A stretch of DNA of 64,000 bases, taken from NCBI GenBank assembly GCA_033344915.1, contig JAWPML010000001.1, positions 408,369-472,368 of the forward strand, in the 5' to 3' direction. The stretch comes from Acidimicrobiales bacterium. GTDB taxonomy: Bacteria > Actinomycetota > Acidimicrobiia > Acidimicrobiales > Aldehydirespiratoraceae. The notes beneath the pieces were generated by a model. It was not told where the DNA came from. It made no database searches and saw only the letters and a list, made by a program, of their open reading frames with translations. Positions 50,916 to 59,599 of this stretch are shown in pieces. Position 1 is the stretch's first letter; each line of letters begins with the position of its first letter. A program made the translations under genes and the position numbers.

Positions 50916-51917
50916 ATGGACATCAACGTCGCGGTGATCGGAGCGGGATCGTGGGGAACCACGGTCGCGCACCTGTGTGCGCACAACACGCCGACGGTGA
51001 TCCACAGCCGGCGCGACGACGTGGCGGAGGCGATCAACGAACGCAACGAGAACCCCCGGTATCTCGAGGGATTCAGCTTGCATCCGGACCTCCGGGCGTT
51101 GACCGATCTGGCCGCCGTCGTGCGGGCCGCCGACGTGCTCGTCATGGGCGTGCCGTCCGCCGGTTTCCGCGCGACCCTCGAAGAGCTACGTCCGTTCGTC
51201 CGGCCTTGGGTGCCCGTCGTGTCGCTCGCCAAGGGCCTCGAGCTCGGCACCATGAAACGGATGACGGAGGTGGTCGAGGAGGAGCTCCCCGGGCATCCGG
51301 TCGGCGTGCTCACCGGCCCGAACCTCGCGAAGGAGATCCTCGCCGGCAGCGCGGCCGCGGCGGTCGTCGCGTTCGAGGACCTCACGATCGCCAAGCGACT
51401 GCAGGAGGTCTTCTCCTCCTCGTTGTTCCGCGTCTACACGAACAATGACGTCATCGGGTGCGAGATCGGCGGCGCGTTGAAGAACGTCATCGCCCTCGCC
51501 GCCGGCATGGCGGACGGACTCGGCACTGGCGACAACACCCGCGCCGCCGTCATGACCCGCGGTCTGGCCGAACTCACCCGGCTCGGCGTGGCCATGGGTG
51601 GCGATCCGGCCACCTTCGCCGGTCTTGCCGGCATGGGTGACCTGCTCGCCACCTGCATGAGCCCGCAGAGCCGCAATCGCTACGTCGGCGAGCAGCTCGG
51701 CAAGGGCCGCCCCCTCGACGAGATCATCGAAGAGATGAACCAGGTCGCCGAGGGCGTGAAGACCGCCAGGATCGTGCTCGATCTGGCGGAGCGCTACGAC
51801 GTCCAGATGCCGATCGCCGCCGAGATGCGGGCCTGTGTGACCGAGGGTCGCTCCGCCACCCAGGCGTATCGCGGTCTCGTGCAGCGGCCGGCGACCAGCG
51901 AGTCCGCCCCCGACTGA
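50916..51917 (+). CDS. gpsA: NAD(P)H-dependent glycerol-3-phosphate dehydrogenase
   Basis: VAVIGAGSWGTTVA, GPNLAKE, GGALKNVIALAAGM, GDLLATC. Confidence 0.93.
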   Translation: MDINVAVIGAGSWGTTVAHLCAHNTPTVIHSRRDDVAEAINERNENPRYLEGFSLHPDLRALTDLAAVVRAADVLVMGVPSAGFRATLEELRPFVRPWVPVVSLAKGLELGTMKRMTEVVEEELPGHPVGVLTGPNLAKEILAGSAAAAVVAFEDLTIAKRLQEVFSSSLFRVYTNNDVIGCEIGGALKNVIALAAGMADGLGTGDNTRAAVMTRGLAELTRLGVAMGGDPATFAGLAGMGDLLATCMSPQSRNRYVGEQLGKGRPLDEIIEEMNQVAEGVKTARIVLDLAERYDVQMPIAAEMRACVTEGRSATQAYRGLVQRPATSESAPD

Positions 51918-53332
51918 TGCGTCGCTGGTGGCAGGACCGCGCCCGACGGTCGGACGCCGAGCCGACGCCCGCGCTCGACGGAGCGGTGATCGGCGACCTC
52001 GACGGGCCCACGGCCGTCGTCGACGCCAAGGGCCGGGTCGGCGCGATCGACGGCAGCTGGTGGCTCGAGTGGGGGGTCGGGGCCGAGGACCGTTGGCGGG
52101 TGGCGCACGACGAAGTGGCGGTTCGGCAGTCCCGGGTGAGCGATGCCCCGGTCTACGAGACATGGCTGCGGGTGCCCGGTGGTGACGTGGTGCAGCGGGT
52201 GGCCGCGGCCAACGACGGCCTCGGCCGGGTGTTGGTCGTGGAGTTCGAGAACGCGTCCGCCACCGCGGTCGCGATCGCGCTGGCCGGACGGGTGAACGGC
52301 CCGGGTGCCGTCGATGCGGACGTGGATGCCATCACGCTCGACGCCACGGAATGGATCCGCGCGGAACGGCCGGCCGGTGCCGTCTTCGCCGGCCGCGGGG
52401 ATCCCTGGGGTGACGTGACCGCGGGCGTGGAGGAGGCCCGCGGCAAGGTCGACGGCGTCGACCCGACGGGCGCACTCGTCGTGGCGCTCCCGCATCGCCA
52501 GCGGGTGCGATTCGAGGTCCTGGTGGAGGGCGCCTTCCCAACCCGACCGTCGACGCCGGAGGATGTCGCGGCCGGCTGGCGGGCGGTGACCGCTGATGCG
52601 CTGACGATCGACGTCCCGAACGCGGACCTCGGGGAGGCCTGGAGCCGCATCGTCCCCGACCTCGTCGTGTTGGCCGGGAGTGACGATCCCCGCGCCGCGG
52701 CGGAAGCGGCGATGGTGCTCGACGTCGCCGGGCTGCTCACCGAAGCGGACCGCGCCCGGGCCACGGTCGCCGCGGCGACCGAAGCCGGCCGGCTCCGTGG
52801 CGCCGATGCCGTGGCGGCGATGCGGGCGTTCGCGTCGCGGGAGCTGCTCGCCGGCCAGGAGTCCGGCCTGGCGGTGTTCGCCGACGTGCTCGCGGCCGCG
52901 GCCGGCGATGCGATCGATGGGGCCACCCTCGAACAGGTGGCCCGTGTCCTCGACGCGACGGCGCCCCGAGCGGCCGACGACGCCCGCCGCGCCGCCGGCG
53001 TCGCCACGGGCGCCTTCGAGCCTGTGACGTCCGCGGCGCGGGCCGCGGCCACGGTCCTGGACCATGTGATCGACGCGTCGTCGACCGGGGCCATCGCCGT
53101 GCTGCCGGACGTGCCGACGGCTTGGCGGGGCAACAACATCGACGTCCGCAACTGCGGCACGGCGAACGGTCGGGTGTCGTTCAGCGTGCGCTGGCACGGC
53201 CCCCGTCCGGCGCTGCTGTGGGAACGCCATGGCGGAAGTGACGCCATCGAGATGCGCTGCCCGGGCCTCGACCCTTCGTGGTCGACCCTCGAGCGTGCCG
53301 GCGAGGCGTTGCTGGCCGAACCCGGCGACTGA
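51917..53332 (+). CDS. conserved hypothetical protein (471 aa, Ala-rich)
   Basis: TGATG overlap with gpsA. Coherent coding frame but no motif recognised. Confidence 0.55.
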   Translation: MRRWWQDRARRSDAEPTPALDGAVIGDLDGPTAVVDAKGRVGAIDGSWWLEWGVGAEDRWRVAHDEVAVRQSRVSDAPVYETWLRVPGGDVVQRVAAANDGLGRVLVVEFENASATAVAIALAGRVNGPGAVDADVDAITLDATEWIRAERPAGAVFAGRGDPWGDVTAGVEEARGKVDGVDPTGALVVALPHRQRVRFEVLVEGAFPTRPSTPEDVAAGWRAVTADALTIDVPNADLGEAWSRIVPDLVVLAGSDDPRAAAEAAMVLDVAGLLTEADRARATVAAATEAGRLRGADAVAAMRAFASRELLAGQESGLAVFADVLAAAAGDAIDGATLEQVARVLDATAPRAADDARRAAGVATGAFEPVTSAARAAATVLDHVIDASSTGAIAVLPDVPTAWRGNNIDVRNCGTANGRVSFSVRWHGPRPALLWERHGGSDAIEMRCPGLDPSWSTLERAGEALLAEPGD

Positions 53333-53343
53333 AGCGCGCCGTC

Positions 53344-53670
53344 TCAGCGCGGGTCGCGCCATGCGGCGAGCACCGCGACGGCGGCGAGCACGCCGGCGAT
53401 CCGGTCCGGCGGCGTTGCGGTGCGGCCGCCGATCGCCCCGCGTCCCCCGATGGTGCCGATCGATCCGGACGAGCCGACCGAGAGGATCGAGCCGCTCGAC
53501 CCGCTCGAGAGGATGGAGCCTGCGGACCCGATCGACAGGACCGAGCCGCTCGATCCGATGGAGGCGAACGAGAGCACGCTGAGCAGCGAGTGCGCGGATG
53601 CGACGCTCGCCGCGCTGCGATGGCTGACGATCGACCAGCGCGACCGGTTCGATCGGATCGGATCGCTCAT
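53344..53670 (-). CDS. Ser/Gly/Ile-rich nonapeptide-repeat protein with C-terminal TM helix
   Basis: SIGSSGSVL/SIGSAGSIL/SSGSSGSIL/SVGSSGSIG/TIGGRGAIG. The opposite strand is also open (53420..53860) and shares the same wobble position, so the strand call is tentative. Confidence 0.4.
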   Translation of the reverse strand: MSDPIRSNRSRWSIVSHRSAASVASAHSLLSVLSFASIGSSGSVLSIGSAGSILSSGSSGSILSVGSSGSIGTIGGRGAIGGRTATPPDRIAGVLAAVAVLAAWRDPR

Positions 53671-53715
53671 GGTGGGCACCGTACCGGTCCGGTCGCTGGG
53701 CTACCGTCCGAACCG

Positions 53716-54417
53716 ATGGCAACGACCGCACCGAAGCTGCGCAAGTCGATCAGGGGCAAGGCCCCGGGACTGCGCCTCGAGCGCGCCCTCTGGGACGACG
53801 GCTGCATCCACGTGGCCGGGATCGACGAGGTCGGGCGCGGCTCGTGGGCGGGTCCGCTGACCCTCGCCGCGGTGGTCGTCCCCCGCGACAAGCGGCTCAC
53901 CAAGGTGCGCGATTCGAAGATGTTGACCGAGTCCGAACGCGAGGTGATGCACGACCGCATCGTCGACTGGGCCGACCATGTCGCCGTCGCCCACGCCACC
54001 CAGGACGAGTGCGACGAGCTCGGCATGTCGGCCGCGCAGAAGCTCGCCGCCCAGCGGGCGTTGGCGGACCTCGGCGTCCCTGTCGACCATGTGCTGGTGG
54101 ACGGCAACTGGGACTTCATCGAGACCCACCCGACCACCAAGATCGTGAAAGGCGACGCCATCAGCCTGTCGATCGCGGCGGCGTCGATCGTGGCGAAGGT
54201 GACGCGGGATCGCATCATGCGCGAATGGGACGCCCATCATCCGGCCTACGGCTTCGTCGGCAACAAGGGGTACCCGTGCCCCCGGCACAAGGCGGCCCTC
54301 GCCGCGTATGGACCCAGTGCGGTGCACCGGCGCCGGTGGGCGTTCATGGACGACCTGCGGTGGACGGCGCTGCCCCGCATCGTCGACGAGGACGAGGCCC
54401 AGCTCGGCCTGTTCTGA
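53716..54417 (+). CDS. rnhB: ribonuclease HII
   Basis: GIDEVGRGSWAGPL (DEDD first Asp/Glu), DSK, AASIVAKVTRD, GYP. Confidence 0.9.
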   Translation: MATTAPKLRKSIRGKAPGLRLERALWDDGCIHVAGIDEVGRGSWAGPLTLAAVVVPRDKRLTKVRDSKMLTESEREVMHDRIVDWADHVAVAHATQDECDELGMSAAQKLAAQRALADLGVPVDHVLVDGNWDFIETHPTTKIVKGDAISLSIAAASIVAKVTRDRIMREWDAHHPAYGFVGNKGYPCPRHKAALAAYGPSAVHRRRWAFMDDLRWTALPRIVDEDEAQLGLF

Positions 54418-54439
54418 GCGGCGGCCGTAGCCTGCGCGC

Positions 54440-54796
54440 GTGACCCGTCGTCTTCCGCTGCTCGCGTTCGTGATCTGGACCGTGCTCGTCTGGACGAGCC
54501 GGACCCGCAATGTGCTCGCCGACGACGATCTGTCCTCCGGCGGCATGACCTGGCGGATCGCGGCGGCCGCCGCGTTCGTCCTCCTCGGCGTCGCGGTCGC
54601 GGTGCAGTGGCGACGGGGCGGGCGACTCGATCGGATCCTCGCCGTGCTCGTGCTGTGGACCGTGGTCTGGTGGTCCGTCCGGGGGATCGGGATCATCATC
54701 GACGACCACGAGGTCGGGTTCACGGTGGTCCACACCGTCCTGGGCGTCGTGTCGATCGGTCTGGCGATGTGGGCCTGGGCTCGCCGGGCCGGATAA
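54440..54796 (+). CDS. small integral membrane protein (4 TM)
   Basis: Hydrophobic 118-aa ORF with GTG start and good GC3. Confidence 0.6.
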   Translation: MTRRLPLLAFVIWTVLVWTSRTRNVLADDDLSSGGMTWRIAAAAAFVLLGVAVAVQWRRGGRLDRILAVLVLWTVVWWSVRGIGIIIDDHEVGFTVVHTVLGVVSIGLAMWAWARRAG

Positions 54797-54809
54797 CGTT
54801 CTCCTCGAT

Positions 54810-55139
54810 ATGGGACAGCCGGTCACCTTCCTCCGCACCAGCTCACCGAAGCCGGGCGTCGTCCGCTTCGAGCTCAACCGCACCCTCACGGGCATGGGCC
54901 ACGAGCGCTACCGGGCCGGTGAGGAGATCATCGACACCCGTCCGCCCGACGTGCTCGCCAAGCGGATCTTCGCGTGCGGGAACGTCGAATCCATCCACAT
55001 GTACGGCTCGATGGTGACGGTCTCGCTCGCCACGACCGATCCGGCCGATCTCGAGTCGGTCGTGCAGGAGCTCTACACGTACTACGTGCCGGGCGTGGAG
55101 ATCCCCAGCGATGAGGAACTCATCGCGATGGTGGAGTAG
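54810..55139 (+). CDS. Nfu/NifU N-terminal-like domain protein
   Basis: 109 aa. The pattern VRFELNRTLTG...LA..IF....V.S.H.YG..VTV resembles the Nfu_N scaffold domain. Confidence 0.5.
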   Translation: MGQPVTFLRTSSPKPGVVRFELNRTLTGMGHERYRAGEEIIDTRPPDVLAKRIFACGNVESIHMYGSMVTVSLATTDPADLESVVQELYTYYVPGVEIPSDEELIAMVE

Positions 55140-55248
55140 TCGGCGTTCCACACCGCGTCGCCGCGGGGACGCTCCACGTCCACGCTTTCAAGGACTCCGC
55201 AGAGTCGTCTGGGCTCAGTCCCGCTCGGGAATGCCGGATACGGGCGGC

Positions 55249-55791
55249 TCAGAGCTTGGCGAGGATCTTTCGGAGAGCCGGCATTGTGTACTTCTCCACC
55301 GGGTCGACTTCCGCACCGTCACCCCGATGGTGGTATTCGCCAGCATCGATGGCGTCGTAGATCGAAAACGCAGGTTCAGGTAGTGATGCGCCGTCCACCA
55401 ACGCAGCGGTGATGTACGACCAAACCCAGTTCATGACCCCATCTGCCCCGTGGAAGTCGAGTTCCCCGTCGACGAGCCGCTCGGCGGGCCGAACGCTCAG
55501 CCTGTTGCAGGCATCGTCGAAGCCGTCTCCTCGCTGCGCGATCGCGAAGATCACAGGGTTCGACAGATCCTCGACATCATCGGCGACGAGGTCGATGGCG
55601 GAATCTAACGAGTCGCTGGACACGCCTGGCAGTGTGACAGATAGGTGGATCCGCGCCGTCGGCGGTGGCGCTGAGGCCTCTCGGCCGAGGAAGACGAGCA
55701 GGACGATGCAGGGTTTCTCTCGCGAGCGTTGGTCGTCAGTTTTGCTTGACAAGCCGTCGCCGTTGTCAACCAAAACTGACGGCCGACCCAC
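55249..55791 (-). CDS. hypothetical protein in low-GC islet
   Basis: Only long ORF in a stretch visibly poorer in G+C. No motif recognised. The start is uncertain (GTG 55791, or TTG codons inside a palindrome). Confidence 0.45.
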   Translation of the reverse strand: MGRPSVLVDNGDGLSSKTDDQRSREKPCIVLLVFLGREASAPPPTARIHLSVTLPGVSSDSLDSAIDLVADDVEDLSNPVIFAIAQRGDGFDDACNRLSVRPAERLVDGELDFHGADGVMNWVWSYITAALVDGASLPEPAFSIYDAIDAGEYHHRGDGAEVDPVEKYTMPALRKILAKL

Positions 55792-55963
55792 CGCCTCGTC
55801 CGAGAGTCGCCAGTTGTGTCACATCGGCGACACAAATATGTCCCCGCGGGGACGCCAGCTCGAACCGGCGCGAAGTCTCAGAGCGGCTCGATCGGGCAAG
55901 CGGCGCCGTTGAGGCCGCGGCTGTCGCCGCAGCGACGCACCGCAGCCGTGCGATCATCTCGTG

Positions 55964-56303
55964 ATGAGTGGAATCTCGCACGATCCGGATGACGCGCCCT
56001 CGGCGGCCGGCGGGTACAGCCAGGGTGTGGAGGTCACGACACCGGGCCGTCTGCTCTCGATCAGCGGCCAGATTCCGGCTGACCGCGACGGCACCGTCCC
56101 GTCCGGCTTCGAGGAGCAGTGCCGCCAGGTCTGGCGCAACGTCAAGGCGGTTCTCGCGAGCGTCGCGCGAGCACCGAGAGCTCAACTCCGACATCAGGCA
56201 GGAGGAGTTGGCGGGGGCAACCCCGGCGCTCACGGTCGTCATCGTCGACATCTACGACCACGAGTGGCTCCTCGAGATCGAAGCAACCGCCTTTCAGCAG
56301 TGA
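55964..56303 (+). pseudogene. RidA/YjgF family gene disrupted by an out-of-frame internal deletion/frameshift
   Basis: The N-terminal half (SAAGGYSQGVEV...LSISGQIPADRDG...QCRQVWRNVKAVLAS) is in frame 55961. The C-terminal half (TPALTVVIVD...HEWLLEIEATA) is in frame 55968. The junction lies near 56160-56175 and the total is shorter than a usual RidA. Confidence 0.55.
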
Positions 56304-56345
56304 TCGTCGGCGCAGGCTGGCGCGGGGCTGTGCAACACTTCGCCG

Positions 56346-56714
56346 ATGGCTGATCACGATGGACCGAAAGCCGTGAACCTCGCGGCGAAGCTGGCGCAGT
56401 TCGACGAACACTGGTCGCCGCGAACCGTTGCCGAGTTCAACGGTCACGACGTGATGGTCGTGAAGGTCAAGGGCGAGTTCGTCTGGCATCACCACGACGA
56501 CACCGACGACTTCTTCCTCGTGCTGAGCGGTCGCATCACGATCCGGATGAGCGAGGGCGATGTCGACCTGGGACCCGGCGAGTTGTTCGTCGTGCCGGTC
56601 GGCGTGGAGCACCAGCCCTACGCGGCCGAGGAGGCAGAGCTGCTGCTCATCGAGCCGTCCGGCACCGCCAACACCGGCGACCCCGCGACCGCCGCTCGCC
56701 GCGTCGTCATCTGA
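56346..56714 (+). CDS. cupin domain protein
   Basis: Cupin motifs HHHDDTDDFFLVLSG and GELFVVPVGVEHQP. Confidence 0.8.
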   Translation: MADHDGPKAVNLAAKLAQFDEHWSPRTVAEFNGHDVMVVKVKGEFVWHHHDDTDDFFLVLSGRITIRMSEGDVDLGPGELFVVPVGVEHQPYAAEEAELLLIEPSGTANTGDPATAARRVVI

Positions 56715-56756
56715 CGTCCCCGCGGGGTTCGGGGCATCGTGTGTTCGGTTCGTCGT

Positions 56757-57407
56757 TCAGGTGTCGCGTCGCCACAGGAGGTGGTGGGTGACGCCGCTCG
56801 GGCTCGGGATGGTGTCGTGGTGGAACCGGTCGTCGAACTCGGACGGGTCGTCCCAGAGCCGGACGCCGGCGCCGAGCGTGATCGGGGCGACGGCAATGTG
56901 CAGGTCGTCGACCACATCGGCGTCGAGGAACGAGCGGATCGTGCTCGGCCCACCCCCGAGCCGCACGTCGAGCCCGCCCGCGGCGTCGGCGGCGCGTTCG
57001 ACCGCCTCCTGTGGCGTGGCGTCGAGGAAGTGAAACGTGGTGTCGGCGAGTGGGAACGACGGACGTTCGTGGTGGGTGAGCACGAACACCGGCGTGTGGA
57101 ACGGCGGCGTGTCGCCCCACCAGCCGAGCCAGTCGTGGTTTTCCCAGGGTCCGCGTTGGGGACCGAACTTGTTTCGACCCATGATCTCCGCTCCGATCCC
57201 GTGATCGAAGTCGCGACACAGGTGGTCGTCGATGCCCCGCGATCCTCCCTCGTCGGTTCGACCGGGCCAGCTCGCCGTCGCCAACGCCCACTCCATCAGC
57301 GTCGTCGGGTCGGCGTGCCCGAACGGCTGCTCGAGCGACTGCCCGTCGCCGGTTCCGTACCCGTCCGCCGACACCGTGAAGTTCTGCACCCTCACCCGTT
57401 GCGTCAC
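56757..57407 (-). CDS. dihydrofolate reductase family protein (RibD C-terminal domain)
   Basis: MTQRVRVQNFTVSADGY... and the C-terminal D.L.I.VAPI.LG.G..L pattern. Confidence 0.75.
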   Translation of the reverse strand: MTQRVRVQNFTVSADGYGTGDGQSLEQPFGHADPTTLMEWALATASWPGRTDEGGSRGIDDHLCRDFDHGIGAEIMGRNKFGPQRGPWENHDWLGWWGDTPPFHTPVFVLTHHERPSFPLADTTFHFLDATPQEAVERAADAAGGLDVRLGGGPSTIRSFLDADVVDDLHIAVAPITLGAGVRLWDDPSEFDDRFHHDTIPSPSGVTHHLLWRRDT

Positions 57408-57482
57408 TTGCTGTTCCTCCGACGTCTACCGGTTGCAGGTCGCAATCGGTGCTGAGGGGCCCACGATAGCTAGACTGATTGC

Positions 57483-58028
57483 ATGGCGCAATCGGTTGAC
57501 CGAGGGCTGCTCGATGTGAGCGACGGGAGGTCGGGCTGTCCGATCAACATGACCATGGAGCTCCTCGGGGACCGATGGAGCTTCATCGTGTTGCGCGACG
57601 TGATGTTCGGCGGCTCCACTCGGTTCCGCGAACTCCTCAACAACTCGGTGGAGGGCATCGCCAGCAACGTCCTGGCCTCGCGTCTCGCCAAACTCACGGA
57701 CGCGGGACTGCTGACCCGCAGCGCCGTACCCGGGCATCGTCAGAAGATCGACTATCACCTCACCGAGCCGGCCATCCAACTGGTCCCACTCATCGTCGAG
57801 CTCGGTGACTGGGGATCGCGCTGGCTGCCCACGACTCCGGAACTTGCCGTCCGGGCCCGCCTCTTGGCCGACGGAGGACCCGACCTGAGCGATCGCTTCA
57901 TGGACGAACTCCGCGCCGTTCATCTCGATCGCGAACCGCGACCCGACGACGGCGTGCTCGCCGAACTCGACGCGAGTCGGGATCGTCAGCGTCGACGGAT
58001 CAGCGAAGGCGGAGGATGTTGCCGGTGA
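57483..58028 (+). CDS. HxlR family transcriptional regulator
   Basis: CPINMTMELLGDRWSFIVLRDVMFGGSTRFRELL. Divergent from the DHFR-like gene. Confidence 0.85.
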   Translation: MAQSVDRGLLDVSDGRSGCPINMTMELLGDRWSFIVLRDVMFGGSTRFRELLNNSVEGIASNVLASRLAKLTDAGLLTRSAVPGHRQKIDYHLTEPAIQLVPLIVELGDWGSRWLPTTPELAVRARLLADGGPDLSDRFMDELRAVHLDREPRPDDGVLAELDASRDRQRRRISEGGGCCR

Positions 58029-58860
58029 CGAGTCGGCCCGCGCCAGAGCAAAGCCAGCCGATCACGTCGGCCACCTCGGATGGTTCCGCGATGTGATGGT
58101 GGTCGCCGTCGTTCGCCACGAACTCGCGTACCTCATCGGTGATCCAGCCGGTATCGGTGACCGGCGGATACAGGACGTTGGCCGTGACCCCGTCGTCGGC
58201 CATCTCGGCCGCAGCGGACAGCGTGTAGCTGATCAGTGCCGCTTTGCCCGCGCCGTAGGACACCTCGCCGGGAAACTGACGTCCCGTGCCCGATGTCAGC
58301 GTGACGATTCGTCCCCATGTCGCCGCTCGTGCACGGTGTCGGGTGATGAACTCGGCCATCAACAGCGCACCCGCGCGAGCGTCGACGTGCAGTTGAGCGT
58401 CGATCGTGACCCGATCGACCATGGCGCTCGTGCGGCCGACGACATCTGCTCGTTGCGGTGCGTAGCTGTCCTTGCGCCAGCCGCTGGCGTTGTGAACCAG
58501 GATCGAGATCGGACCGAGCTCCGACTCGACCCTCTCGAACAGCGACCCTGGAGCGTCTGGGTCGGAGAGGTCCGCCTCGACAGCAAGTCCGCGCCGACCG
58601 TGCGATTCGATCGACGCGATGGTCTGCGAGCCGTCGGCGGCTCGAGCCGTGTTGTAGTCGTCGGACCGGTCGGGATCGCCGGTACGGAGGTAGCTGACGG
58701 CGACGTCGGCGCCGAGCTCAGCGAGCGCAGTTGCGGTCGCGGCGCCGATCCCGTGATTGGCTCCGGTGACGAGGGCGTTCCGACCTGCGAGCGGCGGCGT
58801 GGAGCAGTTGGGCTCGAGGTCCTCGTCGTAGACCCGGTCGAGTGCCTCCTCCGCGCTCAT
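58000..58860 (-). CDS. SDR family oxidoreductase
   Basis: ALVTGANHGIGAATA (TGxxxGxG), NASG, YGAGK (catalytic Y-x3-K). Start chosen at MSAEEAL. Confidence 0.85.
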   Translation of the reverse strand: MSAEEALDRVYDEDLEPNCSTPPLAGRNALVTGANHGIGAATATALAELGADVAVSYLRTGDPDRSDDYNTARAADGSQTIASIESHGRRGLAVEADLSDPDAPGSLFERVESELGPISILVHNASGWRKDSYAPQRADVVGRTSAMVDRVTIDAQLHVDARAGALLMAEFITRHRARAATWGRIVTLTSGTGRQFPGEVSYGAGKAALISYTLSAAAEMADDGVTANVLYPPVTDTGWITDEVREFVANDGDHHHIAEPSEVADVIGWLCSGAGRLVTGNILRLR

Positions 58861-58954
58861 GGGACGCAACCTAGGCGATCGCTTGCTCGTGGTTCTCGCG
58901 GACCGCTGCATCCGGACGACATCGATGTCGAGTGCCGGATCACGTCCGCTCGGG

Positions 58955-59599
58955 TCAGTGTTGACCGAGGCCCCAGCGACGGATCCAGGTGTGCATGGCG
59001 ATCCCGGCGGCGACGCCGGCGTTGATCGAGCGGGTCGATCCGAACTGGGCGATGGAACACGTCATCGTGGCGGCCTGGCGCGCCTCCGGTGAGAGGCCCG
59101 GGCCCTCCTGGCCGAAGAGGAGCACGCCGTGTTCGGGAAGCTCCACCGTCTCGATCGGCACGGATCCGGCCACATTGTCGACGCCGACGATCGGGAGGCC
59201 GGCGGCGGTGGTCCAGTCGACCAGATCGGCGATGGTCGGGTGGTGGTCGATGTGCTGGTAGGCGTCGGTCATCATGGCGCCGCGGCGGTTCCACTTCCGG
59301 CGGCCGACGATGTGCACCCGGGCCGCAAGGAAGGCGTTGGCCGTGCGCACGACGGTGCCGATGTTGCGGTCGTGCTCCCAGTTCTCGATGGCGACGTGGA
59401 ACGGGTGGCGACGCTCGTCGAGGTCGGCGACGATCGCCTCGACCGTCCAGTAGCGATATCGATCGAGCACGTTGCGCCGGTCACCCTCGGCCAGCAGCGT
59501 CGGATCGAGCCGGGGATCGTCAGGCCACGGCTCGGGATGCGGCCCGACGCCCACCTCGGCCGCATCGCCGGGAAGCGACTCCGGCCCGGGCGGTGTCAC
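58955..59599 (-). CDS. SpoU/TrmH family RNA 2'-O-methyltransferase
   Basis: NIGTVVRTANAF, LLFGQEGPGLS, IAQFGSTRSINAGVAAGIAM. GTGA overlap with the htpX stop. Confidence 0.85.
   Translation of the reverse strand: MTPPGPESLPGDAAEVGVGPHPEPWPDDPRLDPTLLAEGDRRNVLDRYRYWTVEAIVADLDERRHPFHVAIENWEHDRNIGTVVRTANAFLAARVHIVGRRKWNRRGAMMTDAYQHIDHHPTIADLVDWTTAAGLPIVGVDNVAGSVPIETVELPEHGVLLFGQEGPGLSPEARQAATMTCSIAQFGSTRSINAGVAAGIAMHTWIRRWGLGQH

Noticed and set aside
53420-53860. Plus-strand reading of the 27-bp repeat (acidic P-I-D-P/E-P-L-D-P array)
   Set aside because: It would overlap the rnhB start by about 145 nt and lacks a signal peptide or other context. It is kept as an alternative in the finding but is not called as a feature.
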